64,000 bases of DNA. Source: Monocercomonoides exilis PA203. Lineage: Eukaryota > Protista > Preaxostyla. Position 1 is the first letter of the stretch, and each line of letters opens with the position of its first letter. The position numbers and the translations under genes are program-made. A model generated the notes under the pieces. It searched no databases. It had not been told where the DNA came from and saw only the letters and a program-made list of their open reading frames with translations. The stretch is from positions 496,001 to 560,000 of the forward strand of contig LSRY02000031.1 of the NCBI GenBank assembly GCA_001643675.2, written 5' to 3'. Shown here piece after piece: positions 12,926 through 22,839 of this stretch.

Positions 12926-15900
12926 TTATTCAAATTTCATATTTTCAGACTCGCCTTCAGTTCCAATTTCCTTGGATTCTCTTTCATTGCCTTCGCTCTC
13001 TTGCATCAGCCCCAATGCATCTGTCACTGTGAGCATCGCTGCTCCTGGAGGAAAGTTCCCAATCAGCTCTCTCTTCACACCTCCCAGTGATATGCGATCC
13101 TCACTTTCTGTCCGAGTGCACGCAATGATCAATCCACCCAGATTGCTCCCTTCTGTTTTCAAAAAGTCTGGTCTCTCCCCATTCACTATCTTCTGCCCTG
13201 CCACCACACCCTCATACTCCCCAAACGGGATCTCCAGCGTCACACACTCCCACACCATCATCCCGATCGAGAATACCACCGACTCTTTCGTCGCCCCCAT
13301 CTTGTTGTTCATCTGCAGCTCGGGCGCCTTCCACCTCAGGCACTCCTTTCTGAAGGCATCCTCATCCTCTTCAAATGCAGATGAGGGAAGGGAGTCATCA
13401 TCATCATCATCATCACCATCACTGGCAGATGTCACAACTGTTGATGATGAGATAGAGGATGAATCTGAATCATCATCTGACAATAAGTCAGAGTGCATCA
13501 CAATACAAATCACCATGTGTTCCGAGAATAGAACAATGTGTGGGCTCAGATTGGCCAACGACTGAAGTGGGTTTTCCATCTCGTCAAACGAGTGGAGTGC
13601 CCCATTCGCCACCCAGAACAGGATCTGGGCAGCTGTTTGTTCTCTTTCTTTCAATGAGCCAATCGCCATCTCCTTCTTCGCATTCCTCCCATGAAGCAAC
13701 ATGAACAGAGAATCCCTCAGATCCACGATCAGCTTCTCATGAGGTGATGAGCAGGCCATTGCATCAACCAGATTCGACATCGATGAGGTAGTTGGACACA
13801 GATCCTCACCTCGGACAAATGTTGAATCTGAATCGGTTGAACATGTCGAAGATATTGATGGAGATGGTGTTCTTTTTCTCATCTCTTCTTCTGTTTCATC
13901 AACCTTCTCCAACATCCATTCTGGGATTTTGTCTGAATCTCTCCCCAAGATGTATTCGGTTGAACCACTCTCAGAAAGAAGGTGTTCTGATGACTCCGAA
14001 TGTCCCAAGCTTTTCGCATACACCCTCTTTTTCATCCTCTCTTCATTCTTCTTCTCTGCCTCCCTCTCGGCTCTTCGCCACTGTTCCTCAGGTGATATCT
14101 CCATCGTCACCATCTCAATCAACTTCGGATCCTTTCTGATGTTATCATTCACAATCTCTCTCAAATCTTCTGCTTCATTCTTCACCTTTCTCCATCGAAC
14201 AATGAATATCACTGCCACAATTAGAATAATCAATAATATCACAATAAGCACAATAACAATCAACAACAAATACGATTTCCCTTCTTTTCCTCCTTCAGCA
14301 AGTTTTCCTTCTCCATTTGTTTTTGATTCGCTCTTGTTCTTCAGGATGAAAGAATCAGTTGATGATTGTTTGTCAGCATCTCCAAACAGAATGCACACAC
14401 TCACCTCCACCCCTTCTCCTGCTTCCGTTATCATCTCTTTCGACAGTCTCCCTTCAACTTCGGTCTCTGACACACATCCACTTTCATCAAATCCATGCTG
14501 CTCAATCTGCTTTTCTTCTCCCATCTGCCTCACAACCATGAATGACAAGTCGCATGGCAGCAGCTCCTTCCCTTTGAACACAATCTCCACTTTTTCTCCC
14601 ATTTCCTTTGCTTCAACACTCACCAGAACTGGAATGAAGAATGGAGATGACCTCTCGGAAATAATTCCTTCGAAATTGCATCCTTCATTCAGAATCCAAA
14701 GTGATGAATTATCTTTCACTCCATCACCTCCTTTCAAACTGGAGATTGTTAGTGAGGCAGAATTTGAGCAAATAATGTTTCTTCTGACTGATGGGTAATT
14801 CTCAATCGAAGGATTGTTGTTCTCAAATCTTCCATCTTTGATAATTATTGTGCCTCCACTCACTCTCATTCCTCCCTTCGACGAGCTGCAAATCGTGGTG
14901 TCTTTCACAACTGCTTCACTCTTCGACAAGTCAACAACTGACCCATTCCATTTGCACACTTCATCAGTGATCTCATTCACTTCTGTTCCTGTTTCCAGAT
15001 TCCCCTCAAACACACACGACTCAATCAATATCTCCTGTGTCAATGTTATCGCCACTTGGCTCCCCTTTGATGATTCTGATGTGCACTCGTGAAAAGAGCA
15101 GTTGCACATCTCAAATCCACTCATCGGCTGACTTGTGCAAACAATGCAAGATCCGCTGGTTGATCTGCTGATGTTTGTGAATGATGATAATATCAATGAC
15201 AAAACGAGTGATGAGTGGCTGTTTTCAAGTGAGATCAGACTCCTTTCTTCAAAGTCAATGTTTGTGGCTGCAAACCTCGAAACACTCACTTTCTCACTTT
15301 TCCCACATTCAATCAACGAGCTCTTGCATTCCACATCATCCACTCTCACATCCTCAAATGTTGCTCTTTCTGAATGCAATATCTCAAACACGGCCTTTGA
15401 GAATTTCAAGTGGCCAACACTGCACCGATCTGCCTCAAACAACCCTTCTTCAACAACAATCAGAGAAAAGTCAAAAAGGGTCTGTGCATTTTCTTCTGTT
15501 CTGCTCTCTGACAAGAATGAAACAGATTCCAGAATGAGAGATCCATTCAGCTGGTGAATCAAGCACGAGCAAACAATATTCTCCATTCCACCAAAAACAA
15601 ATGACACCTTCTCAAATCGAACAGATTCCGATGTTCTCACAACACCCTCATTCCCAAGCTCAATCTCTCTCACATTTATCTCCCCATTCCTGCTCGCCTC
15701 CATCGACTTGATTGCCACCTTCTCAGCTGAACACGAACCAGTCAATTCTGTCTCATTCCAAACAAATAACAGTGAATAATCCGATGGGATGATGTGGCTC
15801 ACCCCAACATTCAGCGATGAGCATGCACCCTTCATCTCCCCACACTGCTTGCTGTCGCTGCTGTTCTCCACAATCGATGAAACAAATATGAATTCGCTCC

Positions 15901-18900
15901 TGAACACAAACACTCTTCTCAGCAGATCCTCTTCATCCCCATAATTGTCTGCTGTGCACCCCCATATCGCCAGCTCCCTCACAAATGGCTCCCCAAAATT
16001 TATCAAAAACTGTGACTCACTTATCTGCGAGTCAAGGTCAGTGCACTTCACAAACACATCTCTCCCATTCGATGCAACATTCTCCTTGAATGTGATGTTC
16101 GACAGCACAAATGGCAATGCCTTCTGCGAGACACTCTGTGATTTCAAAAACATCCCTCCTCCTCTCCCAATGTTCGAACAGAAACACTCTGTCACATTTG
16201 TGTGATTCACTTCCAGTCTCCCCCTCTCATTGAGAAGGAAAAACACTCCTCCTCCTTCATTCGAGCTTGTCGATCCACAATTGTCAATCGTTGAATTCTC
16301 TATTTTCAATCTCACTTCATTTGGCACATCACAACAAAGCAATGAAGGGTTGTTTGACACACTGTGCTTCACATTCACAAATGTGCATTGTTCAAATAGA
16401 ATATTCCAAATTTCTCCTTCATTATCATTCTCCCTCTCAGAAATCTCATTTTCACTCATCGCAATTGCACTTTTCCCACTCAATGAAATATCTTCAAATG
16501 TCACATTGTTCATGGTTGCCACACAATCAGCTGATATGCTCATTATCTCATGCATCGTTGAGAATCCGGCTATTTCTGTCTTTTCAATAGAAACAATTCC
16601 TTTCAATGCACTGATCAGAACAAATGACACATCACTTTCATCATTGCCAATTGCGTGAATTGAGCATCCAATAACACCCGTTTTGACTGCATCTGAACCT
16701 GTCTGGATAAGGATCTTTGCTCCATTCTCAAAGGCACTGGGAATCAGAATCCCCAATTCACTGAATCGAACAATCCCTTTGCATTCAACAACAGCATCCC
16801 CATTCCCTTCAAGAGTTTGAACAAAATGGATTTTGTCTGATTCCATATTTGTTCCTTCCAGCTTCATCCCATTCATCCCAATAACACTCTTCACATCACA
16901 AACCCCATGAATCATCATCGTCTCAACTGTTGAACTGTGAATACGATTCATCCCATAATCAACAGATCGGCATGGATACTCGCTCAACCCACACACAACC
17001 ACATTGTTTCCTTCCTCTGCAATATACACACTCGATCCCACAGATTTCCAGAAATAGATCAACGGGATTGCACACTCCTTGTTTTCTCCATTATATCCCA
17101 TCAGAGAGTCTTCTGTCAGCAACTCCAGTCTGTCTTTCACAAATGGAAGTGTTTCGTTCTTGATGCTCTTGGCAAGCGATGGAGATGAAATGAACAGATC
17201 CTTCCCATATTTCGCATTGTTTGGCTTCTCAGATGAAAAAACTGGTGAGGATATCACAAATCCTGCCTTTCCTTCTTCTTCTTCTTCTTTCAGTATCTTC
17301 AACATTATCCCTCCTCCATATCCAACACTTCCCTCTTCATATGGTGCTGTGCAACTATAAAACGAACACAAACTCATCAAAAGATTCGTTTTCGAAGATG
17401 CTTCACAAAAGAGTGCACCTCCTCCAATCTCAGTTCCCTCCTCTCCAGTGATAGCACACCCTTCAAATGTGCAGTCATCTATTTTCACTTTGAAATCTCT
17501 TCCATTATCATCATCATCCTCATTGTTCACAATGCTGATGCATCCTCCACTTCCCTTCGAACGAGAAATCGATGAAAATGTGCATCCAGACATCTCTTCA
17601 ACAATCCCCTCGTGGCACTCAACAGCACACCCATCACCAAATGTGATTTCGGAAAAATCACTATGAGTCATATTCAGTGAAGGCACACTTTCTGCATTCC
17701 CTTCAACAACAAATATCGATGAATCTCCAATTTTCATATTCTCTGATCCAAACTCACTCACCTCCACAGCCCCTCCAACAGCCTTCACAAACACTGTTGA
17801 AATATTCTCAGCGCCTCCTTCCATCCCACATCCATTCAGTGTGAGCTTCCCTGAATGGCACTCAAACACACTCTCATGAAAGATCAGCGATTTCTTCAAA
17901 GAAAATACAATGCCAGTCACAGACACAGAAACTGTGTTTTCAATCAATCCACTTTGAGCTCCCTCTTTCTGATCACAAACATCACACTTCATCTCATTCT
18001 CTTTGGATGCAATGCTCCATTCATATGAAGCCAACTCCAATTCCTCCTCAAAGATAAATGGCTCAAGAAGAGCAACATCCTTTTTCTCCCCTTCAAAATG
18101 GATTGTGGCTGCCTTCCAAATGGATGAACATGGAAACTCTTCAAATCCACACTTCGAGAAATCATGGCTCGATGATCCTCCTCCCACAAATGCTGGTGCT
18201 GAAAAGTTGTTCCACAAATAGACACACAGTGGAATTGGGAACGATTCATCCCAATTTTCATATCCTTGCATCTTGCTCTTTGTTTCCAATGAAGCAGTCA
18301 ATGAAGTGATCTTCCCACTTGTTGCTGTTGACTCCAGATCGATCGAATCAACAAAAATATCGCTCCCCAATTTTGCTCGATTTCCTTCAAATCCTGATGA
18401 AATCAGAAAGTCTGTGCTCGTATCTTTCACTTTCAGCCCAATCCCTCCTCCCCTCCCTTGAGTGGCCGAGGCATAACAGTTCGTCACAATGCCTCCTTTC
18501 ACATTCAATGAACTCCCACTTCCCATTTCAACAATCATTCCCCCTCCAAAAACAGAATCTTCACTTCCACACCCATCAATCGTGCATCCCTCAAGAGTTA
18601 TCGAATGTGACCCTTCACTCACACTTATCAGCGATGATCCCGCTGATGTTCTCACAATGTTGCTGAACACACAATTATCCAGAGACAATGTCACAGATGA
18701 TTCTTGAGAAAGTGAAATCACACTTGTGATGCTGAATGTTTGTCCCCATTTCACATCTTGCATCTTCAACTCTCCCCCTTCCACATTCACAAGTGAGTTC
18801 TGAATGCTCCTCTCTTCCGAATGAGTTGCATCCATCGAAATGTTCATTCTCTTCACATCCATCAACCCACTTCCCTCAACCTCAAACAGAATGCATTGTC

Positions 18901-20713
18901 TGTTGTTTTCAAACGATGTATTGTGAACCACTGACAGATCACTCACACTCAATTCCCCTGTTCCAACACAAAACAGACTCAGCCCACTTCCCTCGAACTT
19001 TGTTTCAATGGCTGAACCAGATGAAGAAACCCCATTCACAGTGATCGTTTTCTCCCCAACATCTATTCCTTTGCCTTCCACAACTGTTCCACTCAACACC
19101 TTGATTTCCTCCACAAACCCCACAATCATTTGAGACAGGCAATGGCTGATTGTGAGACATGCACAACTTTCATTCAACCCACAGCTGAATGTGTCTTTCG
19201 CATTTGTCTGATTCTCCACCGAAGCAACAAATCTGCTTCTTCCTCCTTCATTTGGAAGCCAATTGCTTTTATCTCCACCAGCATAATATCTATTTCCTTC
19301 AATTCTTGTTGAATAGCAGAAAGCAATTTGGGAGTCTGTGCTATTGTCCTCAAAATTAATATCATTTCCATATGGAGCTGTGTTATTGTGGAAAAAGCAA
19401 AACCACAAAAGATTTCCACAATATCCATCTGTCTTGATACTTACACCACCTCCACGTAAATCTGAATGACATCCTTGACATCGGCAGTTTCTCAAAACAA
19501 TTTTGTCAACTGCAAACCAATAGATAAATCCTCCGCCATCACCGTCTATTGAATTATGCCCGCTACAATTTTGGAAAAAACAATTCAATACACAATCTTT
19601 TGTTTTTGTTGTTTTTGAATCAAAAATACCAACTCCTCCCCCATCATTTCCGGACCAATTGTCTTTAAACAAACAATTATCAAAAAGAACTTGAACTTTC
19701 ATTCCTTCTATTTCTGCCCCTGCACCTCCAAAACCACCTGACGAGACACAATAACACTCGACAAATGTGGAATGCTTTACAGTGCATTCTCCAATATTCA
19801 AAGCAAATATCCCCCCTCCTCTTGTGGATGTTGCATTGCATTTCACAAATGACGAATTCTCAACTGCCAGTGTTGCACTCGAATTGTCATGCACATAAAG
19901 TGCTCCTCCACATGAAGCATTGCATCCAATCCATTCAGCATTCTTATATGTCTGTGTTTGAGTTGTTGACTGTCTGTCTGTATTTCCCACTCTCCTATCC
20001 ACTCTTTCATTCTGAACAAATGTGCAATTGTTGCAGGTGAATGAACCAGATCCTTCTGTTCCACTCACAATTCCTCTCTCAAGCACATTCATCGAACTTT
20101 CAACATCACAATCTTCCATTTTGCTCATTCTCATCATCCCCTCTTTTCCAGTTTGTATTGTCTCTGTTTCACCATATTTCTTTGTGATATTCGCAAATCT
20201 GCAGTTTTGAATGCATTCAAAACTTCCTGAACCATCTCTCAGAAAACTGCCTCCACTCCCACAAAACACAACATCCTCAAACTCACTGTTTCTCACAAAC
20301 AACATCGACAAATCACCCCCTTCCATCTCCACCACACTCCCCATCATTCCACATTCCTGACCATTCCCAACTCCCAAAGTCGTGTTTATCAGCCAGCATG
20401 TTCCTCCATTCCTCATATAATCCCCATTCCACTCATTGTTTCTCTCAAGCACACTTCCCACAACCTGCAGCAATGATCCTGCTTTTATTTCAATCATCAC
20501 ACAATCTTCTGGCTTTTCAAGCAACATCCCTTTCAATTCAACTGATGAGTTGTGCATTTCGCAGAACATTCGAACAATACTTCCCCTCTTCAAAATTCCA
20601 CTCTTCACCATTCCACGAACATGGAAAGTGTCATATTCATTTCTCAATCTATCATTTCTTTCTTTGCCACAAATGGCTGACAACAAACACACAAGATAAA
20701 CGAAGAGAATCAT
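12926..20713 (-). CDS. Giant type I membrane receptor (2595 aa): signal peptide, parallel beta-helix/PMP-like repeats, TM helix, degenerate TKL-like pseudokinase tail
   Basis: Single intronless ORF with a hydrophobic N-terminus. GGAL/GGGI and FxxN repeats; four CGxxxxxC-type modules; TM LLLIVIVLIVILLIILIVAVIFIV followed by RWRK. Kinase subdomain VIII-XI motifs RWKAPE, VFSIGMMVWE, IPF and ERP. Confidence 0.88.
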   Translation of the reverse strand: MILFVYLVCLLSAICGKERNDRLRNEYDTFHVRGMVKSGILKRGSIVRMFCEMHNSSVELKGMLLEKPEDCVMIEIKAGSLLQVVGSVLERNNEWNGDYMRNGGTCWLINTTLGVGNGQECGMMGSVVEMEGGDLSMLFVRNSEFEDVVFCGSGGSFLRDGSGSFECIQNCRFANITKKYGETETIQTGKEGMMRMSKMEDCDVESSMNVLERGIVSGTEGSGSFTCNNCTFVQNERVDRRVGNTDRQSTTQTQTYKNAEWIGCNASCGGALYVHDNSSATLAVENSSFVKCNATSTRGGGIFALNIGECTVKHSTFVECYCVSSGGFGGAGAEIEGMKVQVLFDNCLFKDNWSGNDGGGVGIFDSKTTKTKDCVLNCFFQNCSGHNSIDGDGGGFIYWFAVDKIVLRNCRCQGCHSDLRGGGVSIKTDGYCGNLLWFCFFHNNTAPYGNDINFEDNSTDSQIAFCYSTRIEGNRYYAGGDKSNWLPNEGGRSRFVASVENQTNAKDTFSCGLNESCACLTISHCLSQMIVGFVEEIKVLSGTVVEGKGIDVGEKTITVNGVSSSGSAIETKFEGSGLSLFCVGTGELSVSDLSVVHNTSFENNRQCILFEVEGSGLMDVKRMNISMDATHSEERSIQNSLVNVEGGELKMQDVKWGQTFSITSVISLSQESSVTLSLDNCVFSNIVRTSAGSSLISVSEGSHSITLEGCTIDGCGSEDSVFGGGMIVEMGSGSSLNVKGGIVTNCYASATQGRGGGIGLKVKDTSTDFLISSGFEGNRAKLGSDIFVDSIDLESTATSGKITSLTASLETKSKMQGYENWDESFPIPLCVYLWNNFSAPAFVGGGSSSHDFSKCGFEEFPCSSIWKAATIHFEGEKKDVALLEPFIFEEELELASYEWSIASKENEMKCDVCDQKEGAQSGLIENTVSVSVTGIVFSLKKSLIFHESVFECHSGKLTLNGCGMEGGAENISTVFVKAVGGAVEVSEFGSENMKIGDSSIFVVEGNAESVPSLNMTHSDFSEITFGDGCAVECHEGIVEEMSGCTFSSISRSKGSGGCISIVNNEDDDDNGRDFKVKIDDCTFEGCAITGEEGTEIGGGALFCEASSKTNLLMSLCSFYSCTAPYEEGSVGYGGGIMLKILKEEEEEGKAGFVISSPVFSSEKPNNAKYGKDLFISSPSLAKSIKNETLPFVKDRLELLTEDSLMGYNGENKECAIPLIYFWKSVGSSVYIAEEGNNVVVCGLSEYPCRSVDYGMNRIHSSTVETMMIHGVCDVKSVIGMNGMKLEGTNMESDKIHFVQTLEGNGDAVVECKGIVRFSELGILIPSAFENGAKILIQTGSDAVKTGVIGCSIHAIGNDESDVSFVLISALKGIVSIEKTEIAGFSTMHEIMSISADCVATMNNVTFEDISLSGKSAIAMSENEISERENDNEGEIWNILFEQCTFVNVKHSVSNNPSLLCCDVPNEVRLKIENSTIDNCGSTSSNEGGGVFFLLNERGRLEVNHTNVTECFCSNIGRGGGMFLKSQSVSQKALPFVLSNITFKENVASNGRDVFVKCTDLDSQISESQFLINFGEPFVRELAIWGCTADNYGDEEDLLRRVFVFRSEFIFVSSIVENSSDSKQCGEMKGACSSLNVGVSHIIPSDYSLLFVWNETELTGSCSAEKVAIKSMEASRNGEINVREIELGNEGVVRTSESVRFEKVSFVFGGMENIVCSCLIHQLNGSLILESVSFLSESRTEENAQTLFDFSLIVVEEGLFEADRCSVGHLKFSKAVFEILHSERATFEDVRVDDVECKSSLIECGKSEKVSVSRFAATNIDFEERSLISLENSHSSLVLSLILSSFTNISRSTSGSCIVCTSQPMSGFEMCNCSFHECTSESSKGSQVAITLTQEILIESCVFEGNLETGTEVNEITDEVCKWNGSVVDLSKSEAVVKDTTICSSSKGGMRVSGGTIIIKDGRFENNNPSIENYPSVRRNIICSNSASLTISSLKGGDGVKDNSSLWILNEGCNFEGIISERSSPFFIPVLVSVEAKEMGEKVEIVFKGKELLPCDLSFMVVRQMGEEKQIEQHGFDESGCVSETEVEGRLSKEMITEAGEGVEVSVCILFGDADKQSSTDSFILKNKSESKTNGEGKLAEGGKEGKSYLLLIVIVLIVILLIILIVAVIFIVRWRKVKNEAEDLREIVNDNIRKDPKLIEMVTMEISPEEQWRRAEREAEKKNEERMKKRVYAKSLGHSESSEHLLSESGSTEYILGRDSDKIPEWMLEKVDETEEEMRKRTPSPSISSTCSTDSDSTFVRGEDLCPTTSSMSNLVDAMACSSPHEKLIVDLRDSLFMLLHGRNAKKEMAIGSLKEREQTAAQILFWVANGALHSFDEMENPLQSLANLSPHIVLFSEHMVICIVMHSDLLSDDDSDSSSISSSTVVTSASDGDDDDDDDSLPSSAFEEDEDAFRKECLRWKAPELQMNNKMGATKESVVFSIGMMVWECVTLEIPFGEYEGVVAGQKIVNGERPDFLKTEGSNLGGLIIACTRTESEDRISLGGVKRELIGNFPPGAAMLTVTDALGLMQESEGNERESKEIGTEGESENMKFE

Positions 20714-22839
20714 TGATTTTGTGATGATTATGGTTCATGATCCCATATTTCTGAAAGCAACCCATTATCTTTCCAAATATCTAAAAACATTTTTTCCTGC
20801 ACCATTTTCATTTTCTAAATCCAATTCTCTGCTTATGTTTCTATTTTTCTGAAACGTTCAATTTTTATATTTATTCAAAGAAACTGCTATCTTCAATTGA
20901 TTTCCTCTTTTTTTCTTCAATTTTTTGAATCTCATCTTTCCCAATAAATTCTGTTTGAATGAACTGCCTCATTCGCTCAGCTCCTTTTTTGTTAAATTAT
21001 TGGCTTTTATCTGATATCCATATTTTTTGCACTTTATTTCAAAGGCTCCTGAAAATACAAATAAGGATATAAAAATATCAAAAAATGAAAAGAAATAAAA
21101 ATTGAAATACTAAGAAATAATTCTGTGTGCTCCAAAGCTGCACATTATTATTTTGCTTCATTCAGTAAAAATTGCTTCAACTCTTCATCGCGTCTCCAAA
21201 TCCTCCTTTTTTGGAACGTCTTTCCATGGAATTCCTTTTTTAACTGTTTTTTCAAAAGAGAAATTGATTTTTGATTCAATACCCTCTGTTTTTTCTCTTT
21301 TCTGATTTTTCTACATTTGTTCCTTCAAATGATCCTCCTTTTGCTCTCTTCTGTCACATATCTTCCCTTTTTCAAGTCTTTTTCTTCTTTGCTGCAATTT
21401 ATGTTTTCCATCAAAATTTGCATTCACCTTTATTTATCTTTCTTCCAGTTTATTTTTGAATAAATCTCATTTCAAGCCATTCTCGATCAGCAATCCAATG
21501 AAATTCTGCCATTTTCAGATATTTTCCTGTTCCTTCAAAAATACCTCGACTCAGCCTTTTCTTGCCTTTATTGAACATCAGCTATTGTGTTTTGATGAAT
21601 AAGAGGATTAGGAGATTGCTCGATCATAGAAATTTCTCTTTTCCAAGAAAATATTTTCCACATTCCCATTTCCGCTTTAGAACCGTTATGTTATTTACAT
21701 CTTTATGCAATCGGAGAAGGTTTTGAATATCTCTATGATTGTCAAAATAATCCAATTTTGCTTAATGATGGAACAAATTTTCACAAAAAATGACGAATCA
21801 AAAATAATTTTGATAAAAGAAAACCTCAAAGCTCAAATTCATTTTGCATTTCCGTTGTTGAAGCTGTGGAGCCAGATTTCTCTTCAGATTCCGAGTCTGG
21901 CATCACAATCATTTCTTTTGCATTTTCGGGACAAATGCAGCCTTTCTGAGGCAAATGAAATTTGTCATAAAGAACAAAAAATAAAAGCTAACAGTAACAC
22001 AAAATATGGCTTTTTTCTCAGGAATTACTTGAAATGACCTTGAATGAATCATTTTTCGATAAGCAATCCATTCTGTCATTCATATCATTTGGTTTAGGTG
22101 TAAAAGCAGAGTTTCTGCAAAAATATAATTTGTCGAGCAGGAGGGAAAGCGAATAAAAATATTTGTACTGCATCTGCCTCCAAAATGAGTAATTTTCTGT
22201 TTATTTAAAAAACTGGAACAAACTGGAAATTCCCTCTTCATTCTTGTAAAAATGAAAAATAAATAAATGTTTGTGCAGGTTTCATCATGAAACAATCCTT
22301 AATATATTCATGAAACTCCGGAATATGGAAAAGAAAAAGTGCAGGAGTTTTTATATTATTATGGGGTGGAATATTTTTTCAGAATTCACACAGGATGATT
22401 TGTATTTATGAAAAAGAAATAATACAATTATTATACACTATATTTTGGATTTGTTTTTTCGATTGAGTTTCGTTTCAATAGAATTTTACGATAATTTATC
22501 ATTTATTTTCTAATGAGGGCGTATTTCTCATTATTCTGTATGTCCTTATTGAACCCTTAATTTTCTAAAATTCGAAAGTGTTTATGAAAAAATAAATTAC
22601 AAAAAGAAAGAAGAATAAAGGAGAAAAAATTAGAAACAAAGATTGAAATAAGAAATATCTGAAAAACTGCAAAGTTAATCATTCACTACACCTGAAATTT
22701 TTTTTTATTTTTCGTTATTCAGTCAAGCTCGGTTATTATCACAATCCATTTTGCGCGATTTTTTGTGACCATAACCGAACTTGATAATAACCTAACCATC
22801 TGTTTCATTGAAAAATATTTCTGATTATTATTATTACAA

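Noticed and set aside
20950-22300. Coding-like purine-rich stretch on the minus strand
   Set aside because: Many stops and no recognisable motif; cannot support a call.
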